DNA of 64,000 nt from Vicugna vicugna (GCA_013265495.1 MU057865.1:372001-436000); one strand, 5' to 3'; shown: positions 12,602-24,999, numbered from the stretch's first letter. The notes: generated by a model not told the origin, from the letters alone. Made by a program: numbers and translations.

Positions 12602-12886
12602 TTTTTTTTTAATTCTTTTTTTTAATTGAAGTCTAGTCGATTTACAACATTTAGTTTCACATGTACAGGAAAGCCAATCATATATATCTTCAGTTCCTTC
12701 TCCATTACGGCTCATTACAAGAAACTGAATAGAGTTCCCTGTGCTATAAAGTAGGTCCTTATTGTTTATTTCATATATAGTAATGTGTATCTGTTAATCC
12801 CAAACTCCTAATCTATAGATCCCCCCTGGTAACCACAGTTTGTTTTCTATGCCTGTGAGTCTATTTCTGGCTTGTTAATAAAATTT
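12602..12886 (-). mobile_element. 5'-truncated LINE-1 (3' UTR)
   Basis: T-rich tail at 12602-12623 and L1 3' UTR motifs. Degenerate TSD ttgtaatcaggcttt (12590-12604) / ttgtagcctggcttt (12885-12899), 12/15 identical. Confidence 0.85.
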
Positions 12887-14884
12887 GTAGCCTGGCTTTA
12901 TTGGGACTCCCCTTTATACCACTGGGGCGTTGGCTTCCCTAGGCAGGACCCCAGGCTTCAGACTCTGCTCTTCCCAGCACAGGCTCTATGTCCCATGTCC
13001 TCAGGGCTTCAAGAACTTCTATTTAATTCATCTGTTAGCCTTCCCAGAACCAGCAGCATGAGACTGGAATTTTCCAAAGATAAAATGCTTTTAACTTCAG
13101 TGGCTTTGAAACAATGTTTTCCAGTGGTGAGAACTTTAGATTCCACTATAGGCAAATGACAAAGAGATTTCAAGGCACAAAGTTACCTTTTTCAGTTCTC
13201 ATAAATTGCACACGACAGGCATCTGCTGAAGTACCCATGTGGCTTTGCCATCATTCCTGCCTTTAAAAGAAAAATAGGAGGATGTGGAAGGAGAGGTTCC
13301 CTGGAGCCAAGTTTTTATGGGAGATGGGGTTTTTATATCTAATTGAAATCCATTATGAAGATATACCGCTTTTTTTTTTTTCTGAGTTGGTTAGAACCTG
13401 GGGAAAGTCTCTCCCAGAAGGTAGTCAGAGGGGGTAGGAGGAATCATGGCTGCAAATCTGCGGGCTGGCTGTGCCACCCTGGATCACGGTTTTGCCCAGG
13501 ATTTCTTAGTTGTGTACTGTCCCTTTAAGGTTGCTAAGAGTCCCTGACATTGACATTTCACCTAAGCAGGGAACCAAATGTTGCCTCAATTTCATCATAT
13601 GTGATGCTGATCTTTAAGGCCTCTTCCAGCAAACAAACAAACAAACTAACTGACAAACAAAAAGCCCCCCATATTTATTTGAAGATAGTTACTATTTGCC
13701 CTGCAGCGTTCCCTGACTTTATTATTAGGGGGGTAATTCTATGATTAAAAAAATTCTTTACTTCTTGTTAAAAAAATTTGTGAAAATACTTCTAATCAGG
13801 TACTTTTCAAACTACTAATTACGAAACTAAAGATGAAATATTTAGGTCTCTCACACTTGACAACGTCTCTTTAAATTGCTTTCTCCTCCCGCACAGCCGG
13901 CTCCCCATCTGTAAATGTCTAAGTCCTGCTGCCAGCCAGGCTTGCCTACAGCTCCTTGATTCTGCAAGACCCTTCCACGAAACTGATTAGAGCGTTTCCC
14001 TGCCACACAGCGAAAAAAACAACGTAGTGTGATGTGATAAAGCTCGGACTGAATGCCGGGAATAGGACAGTGTCCGTCATCAGATTGGAGGGGCAAAGAG
14101 AGTGGCTTTCTTCTTTCTCTGGGTTGAGGTGGGGATGAGAATTGCATAGATATTTATTGAGATAAGCATCTTAAACTTCCCTGAAAAATCACTTTGTTAT
14201 CAGAGCTTTGCCCATTTCCAGCTTCTAGTGAATACTCTCAGCCCCCTAGAAGTGTGTGTGTTGTGATGGGGAGCTAGAAAATGAAAGAAGGTTCATATTT
14301 GCTAAGTATTCATTCCTTGATTATGTTTATATATGTTAACAGAGCACCTAATATCTTGCTAAGTGTCTGGTACCGAGTAAGTGCTCGATAAAACTATTGA
14401 ACAAATAAAAACGCAAGTTTCTAGTTCAATGAAACAAAATTAAAAACAAAGTATTTTATTTTGGGGTGAAATGACAATGTATTGACTGGGACTGAGAATC
14501 TATGGATGGGAGAAGCGAGGCAAGGGACCTGGTCACTCTCCTCAAAAGAGTTTATAATCCCATTAAAAAAGGGGGAGGTTTATACAAATTTAGTAACATT
14601 TGAGGAAGAAATTAAAATGATAAAATAAAAAGCTGTGTTAAGGCAATACATTGTAATGTTGAGTGAATGGATGTGGCACTAAAGTGAGAATTCAGAGAAC
14701 AGAGCTGGTATTTGACAGAAGGGGGTATCGGGGAGGGAGGGGACTGTGGAACAGGACACACAAAGGGGAATTTCTGTAAATAAAAACTTTTTTTTTTCAG
14801 TAGCTACTATAAGCCAAACACTCTGTTAGATCTTGGGCATACAACAATAAGATTTAGGTCATGGGAAAACTCAGAATTTAATTT

Positions 14885-15230
14885 TGTTGGTTCCCAAACT
14901 TTTACAGGCTCAAAATTCACCTGGGAAACTTGTGACAATGCAGATTCCCAGGACTCATCCAAGGAGAATCATATTCAGCAAGTCTGGAGTGGGACTTAGG
15001 CAGCTGAGTTTTGATAATTTTCTACAATGACCGGGTATAGATTGTCAGGGGACTGTGTTTGGGGAACATGGATATAGGGCAGTACTCAAAGTGTGGTACC
15101 AGCAGAATTACCTGGGAATTTGTTAGAAATGCAATTCTCAGGATTCATCTTAGACCTACTGGATCAGAATCTAGAAGATGAGCCCAGCAATTTGTATGAT
15201 TCTGGTGCTTAGTAACATGTGAGAACTAGG
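14885..15230. mobile_element. Two adjacent MER5-family (hAT-Charlie) MITEs
   Basis: 'tggttcccaaact...aattcacctgggaaacttgtgacaatgcagattcccagg' and 'ctcaaagtgtggtaccagcagaattacctgggaatttgttagaaatgcaattctcagg'. Confidence 0.7.
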
Positions 15231-15437
15231 TGTGGGGGGCCAACGTGGGGCTGGAGATACATCTTATCTCTTTCCTAACTTCTCTGGGCACATCAATGAA
15301 TCATGTTTATCCCTTGAATATGTGTTTTGTATTATTTAGTTCAACGTGAAGGCATGATGTGCTGTCAAAAATCTAACAATAAATCTTTGTGTGAGACTAA
15401 AATACAGAGAACTGACTTAAAGTAAAGAAAATAAGTC

Positions 15438-15489
15438 TAATTAGAGGGAAATTCATAATACCTTTAATTAGAGGAAAATTCATAATACC
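15438..15489 (+). repeat. Tandem duplication with 27-bp period
   Basis: taattagagggaaattcataatacc (15438-15462) and taattagaggaaaattcataatacc (15465-15489), 24/25 identical. Confidence 0.9.
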
Positions 15490-15774
15490 AAGTATGTGTT
15501 CAGCTGTCAGTAAGTAGCAGATCGGACGCTGATTACAGTAGAGGAGAGCTCAGGCAGCAAGGACAGGCACTTCCCCTTCAACTGTCTTACACATTGTACT
15601 TTCCTGCACCCGACCCTCGGAGGGACGGTGCGATATGGGGTTAGCACTGGGCCTGGAGTGAGAAAGCCTGCAGTCACCCTTTGCAACCCACAGGCTTTCT
15701 CTCAGCCTTAGTTCTCTCTTTAATGTATGAATAATGTACATCTTACCCACCTCGCAGGGTGGTTGTAGAGATGA

Positions 15775-16015
15775 TAATAAGAATAGCTTACATTTACTGA
15801 GGGCTTGCTCCGTGCCAGACACTGTGCTAAGTGGTTTACACGAATTATCTCTTTTAATCTTCCCAAGAGCCCAATTATCACTGTCGCACAAATGAGGAAA
15901 TTGAGGCTTGGAGAGATTAAGCAAATTGCCCGAGGTCACACAGCTGGAAAGTAGTAGAGTCAGGATTTAATTTTAGACTGTCTGACTCAGAGCTCAAGCA
16001 TATAACTGCCACGCT
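15775..16015 (-). mobile_element. MIR SINE, near full length, tail-to-tail with a + strand MIR fragment at about 15700-15775
   Basis: 'catttactgagggcttgctccgtgccagacactgtgctaagtggtttaca...aatgaggaaattgaggcttggagagattaagcaaattgcccgaggtcacacagctggaaagt'. Confidence 0.9.
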
Positions 16016-16819
16016 GGACTATAAAGTTTAAAATGAGCTCACATACAAACTGTAAAGTGTGATTCGCATTGAGGAAAAGGAGAATGACCAAGTGCTTTCT
16101 TTCCTTGGTTGATTCATAACATCACACAAAATATTGTGCATGAATAAGACCTCAATAAAAACCAGTTGAGGGATGACAATTTAACTTAAATTCTTTAACT
16201 TTGTTTATTCTTTAACTTTTTTTTTTCCCAGCCAAAAGGTTTGATCTTGTCTGATTATGTTTGAAATGTTACATAACAGACTCTAAGTGGGAATGAAATA
16301 GAGAAACTCTGAGTTCCTAGGATGACACAGGCACTGAGTGTTGCCTGAAGTTTCTGCCCAGCTCTCGGGTTCTACCATCTTCTCCCGGTGTCTAGGGCAG
16401 ATGGTGTGTATGTGGTGTAGCTCTGTCTCGTTATAACTAGAGCTCTGTGGGTCAATCTTTAACTTCTAGGTCTTCATACTTACTGAGCAATCACCAGTAA
16501 ATTGGTTAAGCAACCAACACAGATTCTCTCCATATACCCAGAACTCTGCCAAGCCCTGTGGAATGTGAAAAAGAGTTTAAATCATGGAACTATGGAACAT
16601 ACCCAAGGACGTTAGAATCTATTGAGTAGATGAGGTGATAATCAGGCATGTAAAATGGAACAAGAATTAATAATATAGCCTGTGATGGTAACTTCTAGTG
16701 AGAAAATAAAGAGTCAGGGAAACACAATTACCAGCACAACTGAAAAATAATTCTAAGAGGCTACATACTAGGAGCCTTAATAAATGTTTGTTGAATTAAT
16801 AGATGGATGGACGACTAAC

Positions 16820-17030
16820 AGTTGGAAGGCCTGACTCTAGTTATGGTCATAACTACTCTGGGAATGATTCAGAAAAAAGTTACTTAATCTCAGCCTCCTC
16901 ATTTGCAAACTTGTAAAATAGTGCCAATCCTAGCATTTTCCAAAGAGTATTACGATAATTAAAAAATATAGTGGATGCAAAAATTCTTGTGTAGCTGGAG
17001 AATGACACACAACTTAAAATTATTTTTATT
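16820..17030 (+). mobile_element. MIR SINE, degraded
   Basis: 'aagttacttaatctcagcctcctcatttgcaaac' core-like segment. Confidence 0.5.
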
Positions 17031-19520
17031 TTTGTATTTGTACAGCATTCAAAAGCATTTTAAACCACTGTTTTAAAATGTGCTGTGTGTGCAGTAAAGG
17101 TAAACAAAAAAATATAAAAATAAAAGGAGGTAGAACCCTATGGATGGATTTAAGCTGATGGGCTTCTCGGCTGAGGTGGACACGAGGAAGTGGCAATGAT
17201 TTCCTCCAAAGAGCCTGACTCCCGCTGCCTCTCTGGCTGACTCAGGAACAAAGCCTCACACCTGTGTCCACACTGGAACTGAGGAAGCATTCAGATAATG
17301 ATCTCAGAGTTAGGGGTCCAGTATCTTTTCTCCGAGAATATTTCTAAAATGTCATCTTCTGAGAGAAACAATAACCATCGAATGCCATGTCCTCGTCTTA
17401 ATTCGGGGAATTTACCAGAGATACAGAAGACTACATTAATGTTTTAAAACAAATAATTACACAAATAATTTATTAATCTGAATTCTTCTTTTCAAAAAGA
17501 AAACTAGGATGGTAAGTTAAAGCCTACTGTCTTCTTTGCCCCCCATTTTCAGTTCTGTCCTCACCACAGGGAATCACTATGGTGAATTTGATGTGTATCC
17601 TCAGTTCATTTTTAAAAAACAATTTGTTTTATCCATCTTTAACACCACATAAGTAATAAACAGGACATAGATTCTGTAAATTTTTTTTTTAGTCACTGAT
17701 TTGTTTTTGATTTCTAGTAAGTGGAAATAAAATATTTAGCTAACTTCCCTTAACTGCACATTAATACATTTCAAAACCACATTCGACTTTGTCTCCCCAA
17801 ACAGGCTCATGGCTTCTAAGAAAAGAACACGTTCAGCACAGCCCTGGGGCACATCACATCCTGTCTCCAGTAGGACAGGCAGAGCCAGACCGAAGGGGTA
17901 AAGAACTGCTAACGATGATTTGGAATCAATATCATGAAACACAATTCAAACAATGGCCGGCTTCTGAGAGCCACTGTTCAGTTGACCTGAAAACAATCTC
18001 TTCTGCCCCAGCCTGTGCTCTGTCCTCCGCCCCGTCGCCCCCTCCCTAGAATCTTTGTGTGCTGAATCCAAATGAGTTGAGTTTGAGCTCTGGCTGCTCT
18101 CCCAAGAGTATTATTATTTTTCTCCCCTTTAAACTTAAGGGTGCTAATTAATGTAGGAAGAGTTATATGCCAAGTTTGCTTTGCCTGTGGTTTCCTTAGA
18201 TTAAAGCCTACTGGCAACTGTACGTCTGTCAGAAGGGCCGGAGCTGTGTTCTTATCCCCTGAAGGAGGCTTCAGCTCTGCTGACTCAAGGAGGCTTCAGC
18301 TTTTGATTTGGAGCTACTGGATATTGACGCATCACTCATAGCAGAATCATGGGCTTGCTGCCCTGGATCCAGGGCACTGGACTCTGGCTTTGCCTGCAGC
18401 ATCCCTCACCCCTCCCTTCTCAGCTTCTGTTCAACCTAAGCCTGCAAATGTCAATTTCATTTTGTAAAGGCCAGGCAACTGTCAGTTCTTCCAGGGGACT
18501 CAGAGAGAAGGCACTCAGGACATTTTACAGAGTTTCGCTGTGGCTCTCCAACGTCAGCTGATCTCTCCTTCCTTCCTTGCTCGAGCCTCACCCGACCACC
18601 AGCATCTTCCCTTGCCTTGGAAACTATCAGGGAACCAGCTTTTCATAACCAGCTTCCAATGACTTCAGTGTCTGGCAGATCTATTATAATACAATTTAAA
18701 TACAAAAAAAAAATAATAGAAAGAAAACAAAGTTGTTTGGGGACAACTTCCTCTTTGTAAGAGACTGCCCTTGATAAAAACCAAATTCTAATTGACTGGA
18801 TAATGAGATTTATCAAGGGCGGAAATTCTGATAATCTTGTGGTTGGTAAGGAAAATCTTTTTTAGTTCAATTCCACAAGTAGTCCACAGTTACTTTGTTT
18901 TAATTCTGATTGTTTCAAGATTCCCATTCAAGATGAGATTCCAGCATGCCTATGTTTATGTCTATGAAAAGATGGGATTTGAGGCTCTGCCAGAAGGAAT
19001 TTCATGAAAGCTAAGTGGTTTCCTAAGAGAGAAAACCCGTATTAAGGAAGAAAGGAACCAGGCATGAGGGTCTTCCACCACTGGCAAAGCCTTGTGTTTG
19101 CAGTGAGGCTGAAGTTCACAAATAAATGACAGAAAAAATAGTTTCCCTGTAAATCTCTGTAACACAGAGGGCATAAGCAGTCTGAATTTAAAACATCACT
19201 GACAGACTTTGACACAGGAAGGTGATGGAAGTCTAGAAGTCTTCTTTCCCTTTCTAGTCCCCTTCTCCACGTCTCCCTCAAGTGCTGTGGCTCTTTAAAT
19301 AGTCCGCGTGCCAGTGAAGGTCCTTGCTGGGAAGTGTAGGCCCTAGAAGGGCAGCTGAGGGGACAGTGAGCTCTGAGCAACAGCAGTGTCTTGCGGAAGG
19401 CATTTCTTAGACACGGCCACAGTGCACAGCACAGGTGGACGCTGTAGTAGGAGTGATGGAACCCACCGGCTGAAGCTGCCTGGGTGCCTAATGGCTGTGG
19501 AGGGACTCAACAGAGGGGCA

Positions 19521-19534
19521 GCGCCTCCTAGTGG
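19521..19534 (-). promoter_or_regulatory. Candidate CTCF motif
   Basis: The minus strand reads CCACTAGGAGGCGC, 13/14 to CCASYAGRKGGCRS. Confidence 0.5.
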
Positions 19535-19732
19535 AGGTGGAGAGTCATGGCAGAAGTAGCGGCGTTGCTCAGGGTAGGCAGACAGAGATCGAACCCAGTG
19601 GCAAACACTGTGTACAATTGTCTTCCATGGCCTGCAAAGCCACGGGAAGGGGCCATGCCACTGACATTGCCTGACAATGTCTTGCAGGCTTGGAGGGCTC
19701 AGTGGAAGGTATCACCTAAAGGGGCTAGAGCA

Positions 19733-20365
19733 CAAGATGTGAAAACGACCCAAATGTCCATCATTAGATGACTGGATAAAGAAGATGTGGTACATATATA
19801 CAATAGAATACTACTCAGCCATAAAAAAGAATAAAACAGTGCCATTTGCAGCAATATGGATGGACCTGAAGACTGTCATTCTAAGTGAAGTGGGCTGGAA
19901 AGAGAAAGAAAATGCCATATGACATCATTTATATGAGGAATCTAAAAAATAATAACAATAATAATAAGGACACAAATGAACTAATTATTGTTTTGATTTC
20001 TTGAGTATGTGTAAACACATCTGACTGTCCTTTATGATTGGATTACTGCATTGTGTTGATTCTTACTTTGTAGTTAGCTTTATTCCTTTGATAACTACGT
20101 AAGCTTAAAAAGCTTTAGAAATAATAATATATGTACATATATGTAAACAAAAAAGTGCATTATAACTGTAACAATTCTACCTAATAAAACTGAAAAAGGA
20201 GAAAAAAAGTCCAAATTAATGAGCTGCTGCTAAACAAAACAAAACAAAACAAAACATTTCCTTCGAAACTTCCTTTTGAACCATGTATTAGTTCAAAGTG
20301 TGTTGGTTAAGCTGGAACAATCCAGAATTGTAAGCAATAAATTTCTGTTGTCTATAAAAAAGAAT
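19733..20365 (+). mobile_element. 5'-truncated LINE-1 with an alternative 3' tail and a 3' transduced segment
   Basis: 19733-19983 is the L1 ORF2 end and start of the 3' UTR ('ggataaagaagatgtggtacatatatacaatagaatactactcagccataaaaaag'). Flanking direct repeats aggggctagagca (19720-19732) / aggggctagaaca (20366-20378). Two AATAAA signals (20183, 20336). Confidence 0.8.
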
Positions 20366-21329
20366 AGGGGCTAGAACAGGAGTAGAGGCCAATGCTTTGG
20401 ACCATCCCACCATGTGTGGTGGATACCTTCAGAGAATCCAGCTCACAATGTCCTGCTGTTCCCCAAATTTTGGTCAGCCATGACCTGCCACATGACTTAG
20501 GCCAGGCTAGTTAGTCTGTACTGTCTATGAATTTGCAGCTGGGTCCCAAGTGATGATTTATTCTCTCCTGGGAGGTGGATCCTTGTCTTGCATTCTTTGA
20601 AATTGTCAGTGGTTACATGGACTGAGGAACGAAAGAGGCCCTCTATAGAGAGACCGAGCAATAAGTTAGGGGCATAGAGAGGAGAGGAATCCCTTTACTA
20701 GAATTAAAGACATGGAGCAGAACCCGAGCTAGGAGACTGGGAACTTACGCCCAAGGAAGACTAGCAGCAAGAATTGAGTGTGCAACTGGAAATGCTTGGT
20801 TATTATCTTTCTCAAGTCCAGAAGGCCCTGGGAATGGGGGTGGGGCAGAGTGTACAGGTAGAGGGGGTCTAGCTGCCAGCAATGGGGGTGAGGAGGAGGG
20901 TCAAGGATGATTGCCACATCATGAACAGTAGAAACTTGACATTTAGTGAGCATCTGTTATATGCTTCACATGTTTACATGCAAGGCTTTTGCCTGATTAT
21001 AACACACATTTCCAAGTACTTATTCACTTTACTTATAGACCAATCCACTAGGAGTTTTCTATCCCAGTTCTGAGCGCAAACCTATTCTTAATACACAAGA
21101 TTAGTCAGCTTTCCCATCATCACATCATTGTGGCTTATATCTATATGTGATTAAAGGTATCATTGTATTTTCAGATGAGTCTAGTTAATTGTGGCTAATA
21201 GTTTAAAAAACACAATTTCCAGCATTGAAAGAGTTGCATCAGCATAACATTGCACCTTATTTCTTGGGAATCCTTCTTCTTCTTCTTCTTTTTTTTTTTT
21301 TTGCATTGTAAAATCTTCTGTTTTAATGA

Positions 21330-21710
21330 ATATTTCATTTAATCCTTATAATAATCTTGCAGGGAAGGCAGGATAGAGGTTTTTCTTGTTCTCATTTTTG
21401 AAGATGAACTCACAGAGAATTTGACTTGCAAGGAGTTACTCAGCACGCTTGTGTTAGAACAGGACTAGATGGCCATCTCCTGAGAGAAGGGACACGTGAA
21501 CTAAGTTTTGTCCTCTGCGGACTTCACACCTGACCTCTTATTTCACTTGGTCCCCACAACAGTGCAGCGGGGTTAAAAGTTATTATTCTCTTTTTATAAA
21601 TGAGGAAACTGTTCATGAGATAAAGCAATTTGTGATTATTGAACTACTTAGGGTGGAAAGGTGAGTCGAACCTGGATCAATCCTTCTAGCTTGAAAGCTG
21701 TCTTCCTTCC
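21330..21710 (-). mobile_element. Two MIR fragments
   Basis: 'tttcatttaatccttataataatcttgcaggg...ctcatttttgaagatgaa' and 'tttttataaatgaggaaactg'. Confidence 0.6.
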
Positions 21711-21742
21711 CCTGCCCCAGGCTCGCTAGGTCGGCACGGTTT

Positions 21743-21763
21743 TCTGCTGTCCCTGGTGCTGAA
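21743..21763 (-). promoter_or_regulatory. RE1/NRSE (REST binding site)
   Basis: The minus strand reads TTCAGCACCAGGGACAGCAGA. Both half-sites, TTCAGCACC and GGACAG, are perfect with the canonical 2-nt spacer. Confidence 0.8.
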
Positions 21764-24683
21764 CGAGGACGCACTCATGTACTGCTGCTCTAACACAGTA
21801 GAGGATTCTCTTGAAGGGTCTGGGAGGCTGATGAGGCAGAAATGGAATTCCATGGAGCAGAGCCATTTGTGAGAAGCACCACTAGGTTTAAGTTTCTAGG
21901 GGAGCCTGGGGAGACAGGAATATAAAACATGGTTTGTGAACAATTCAGGAGCTGAGGGTGTGTGTGGGCACTCCTGAGATGGTGACCTCAGACCACGCCC
22001 GGATGGGACGGAAGGTTTGTTAGCACTAAGCACTTACCCAGCTGTAGAATTTGGAGACTGGAAAAGTTCCCTCCTGATCTAGGATCAGCTTAAGCTCTGA
22101 AGCATGAAATGTGAATACCTTTTGCTCAGCATCCATTAAATAAATGTTATTCTTCTCCCTGGCAGAAAACACAAATTTCTCTGCTCAGAGCCGCGGTGTA
22201 GCAGAAGGAACAGAATTTACAATATCCCTCTTTACGATAATGGCTCTCACCTTCAAGGGAAATGAGCTTAGAGGAAAGGAGCACCATTGAGTGCCCAGCG
22301 ACAAGGCAGCTGGGCTGCCGTGGATGCTAATTATCTGGCAGGGAGGTAAGGCTGTATCCCTGGAATACGGAGAAGGGTCTGTGAACTTTGGAGAAGGGGC
22401 AAAGCACTTTGGTGTCTGTGTCATGCAAACCAGAGAATGGCCCCCACCGGGTCATGTCTGACCTTTCATTCTTCTTCACTACCGAGCAGACATTTTTGCC
22501 AATTATGATCCCAAACATGCTGAAAAGTACCCTTGGCCACTGACAATTTGCAAGGGAGAAGCAATGCCTCTGGAATAATACCGTGCTCAGGACAAAGAGG
22601 AAGGGTAAACAAAGCATTACTTTGTGTTGCAAATAGATGGCTTTGTTAAATACTGGAGAAATCCCCTCGGTGTCCATCTTACGCAGCTCTGATAAAAATG
22701 CATTTGCAATATGCTCAGTGTCAAGAAATCACATCTTACTGGGCCAAGGAGGTTAAGAGCATCTTCCCAACTACAGAATGAAACTCATTAAAATAGTCTT
22801 TCCAGCAAGAAAAAACCAGTTTTCTACCCTCTCTGCACCCTCCTCTTTTTTCTTTTAAACTAATGTATTGCAGAAATAGAGACACGATCAAAACAACATA
22901 ATCCACATTTGTATTAAAAATAATGAGCTTGGTGACAATGGGGAAAATGAATGGTAAACAGCATCAGAAAACACAGCAGAGGCAGAAGTTAACTTGACGG
23001 AATGCTCTTGACCAGCAGGTAACACATTAAAATGCTATTTTGGCAGACAGCATTGATAGCAGACTTGCTGAAAGAAAATCCACTTCGAGAAGTCGACAAA
23101 TACAATCTTAATCCCCTTTTTCCTGCCACGTGTTGCAGATGAGTGAAACCCGGGGGGAAATTCTTATTACAGCAAATAGGTGTGGGTCCAGAGGAAAAAT
23201 TAAGTCAAGTTGACAATTTATAAATTTCCTTTCAAGCATGAAACGGGACTGGAAACCAGGTTATTTTATTTTATTTTATTTTGTTTTTTAAAATCCTGAG
23301 CCTGGCGTTTGCTACCTGTTAATATGGCTGATCGAGAATAGGGGTACAGGAAAAGGCTCATTACCAACCCAGAAGTCATCTCTTGGAAATAAAGCCAGAA
23401 TGAAATAACTTTTGTCTGACAAGCGATACTAGAAAATCTAATCCTGGGAAGAGACATTTTTCCTGCTGCCTGGTGAGTATTGACAGACTGGCAGCTTAAG
23501 GTTTAGTTACGGCACTACAGTGAGAATCAGAGTGGGAGAGCGCAGAGTTTCTGGACAGTTAACTGCAGGACTGTCAGGGTCTTGCTACAACCCCAAGAAC
23601 ATCTGTCTTCAGGTGAGGATGCTTGTAAGGGTCCCAGTTTTGTCTCTGATAGTTACATGGGCTTCTATTGATCCTGCATAGCAGGTGTCTCTGCTCCTCC
23701 AAGAGAAGGACATCTCCAACGTGTGAGTGGACTCACTGAAGTAATGGAGTGTCACAGCTGTGATGTGGCTTGAGTCCCAACAGGGGCCGACTGCAATATG
23801 GAGACAGGAAAGAAGCAGAGGAGAGAGAGACACAGTCTCAGATTGTTTCTGAGAAATAAGGGTGAACATGGACCCAAGTGAAACGAACTTGAATCACCCA
23901 GGCTGTGGCTGGGTTGATGAAGGAGAGGTCTGGAGCCCGACGCTCCAGTCCACTCTCTGACGTTTCCGGTCTCTTTCTTTTCGACGTTAACCTTCTGAGT
24001 GATGTAGACAAGTCGTTTTATCTTGGTGAACATAGATCTCTGTGTGCCCTGGTTTATGTCTAATGTAGCTATCAACAAGCCTCCTTTCACTCTCAGAATA
24101 TCCTGTTTGGGGTGAAAATTATATGATGACTTTATTCAGTTATCACATTTAAAAATAAAGATATTTTTCTACAAAATCTTATCCTTAAACATACACAGGC
24201 TTCTCCTCTGTTCTACTGTGGTAAGTATTCTCTTTTATCAGTTGATGCAGTTGAGAAGAGTCAACAAATAAGCTGTGGTAGATTGAGATTGGCCCCCCAA
24301 CAAGGATATTTACTTTTTAATAGGGGACTTCTGAAAATAAGCTTTTTTGTAACTCAGAATACTGAATCTTCAGTGGCGAAATTATGCGCAATCTCAGCTT
24401 ATATCAGCTATTTTGTCTTCTTTGAAAATCACTAAATACTGAGCTGGTGATCTTCAGTGGATGGTCCAGGAGATTCTTAAAAACCAGTCCTGGGCAGGCT
24501 ACATCCAAACATATTCTGGGATATTAAAACAACTGGGGTCCTAACCCTCAAAATTTTAGTGGGGCCCCTACTAAAGTATGTTTGCAAAGCCCTCTGCCTG
24601 TTGCTGAGAAGCAGCTGGCCTTGGGAACTTTGTTCTGTCCCAATATCCTCATTTTCCAGGTGAAGGGACCGGGGCCCAGAAGG

Positions 24684-24707
24684 CAGCAGCAGCAGCAGCA
24701 GCGGCGG
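24684..24707 (+). repeat. (CAG)6(CGG)2 trinucleotide repeat
   Basis: Directly visible. Confidence 0.9.
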
Positions 24708-24759
24708 CTAATTGCTTGGTTTCTGTTGTTTACCAGGAGCATCAGTGGACCCTCTTCTT

Positions 24760-24910
24760 TCCTCCCTTATCAGAGTCTTAGCGGGTTTGAAATTTTAGCC
24801 CCATTTTACAAGGGATAATATGAGACTAAATGAAGAAATGGGCACGAAGTCACATAGGTAGTTAGTGGCAGAATCAGAATTAATATTCATGTGTACTGAT
24901 TCAAATTTTG
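24760..24910 (-). mobile_element. MIR SINE, interrupted by the insertion that starts at about 24905
   Basis: 'ccccattttacaaggg...aagtcacataggtagttagtggcagaatcagaatt'. Confidence 0.65.
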
Positions 24911-24912
24911 GA

Positions 24913-24913
24913 T

Positions 24914-24999
<86 letters not shown>

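Noticed and set aside
24582..24818. Poly-Q ORF with an apparent splice acceptor 'cctcattttccag'
   Set aside because: The acceptor-like text resembles the antisense MIR core. There is no convincing donor or recognisable protein; it is just a short CAG repeat.
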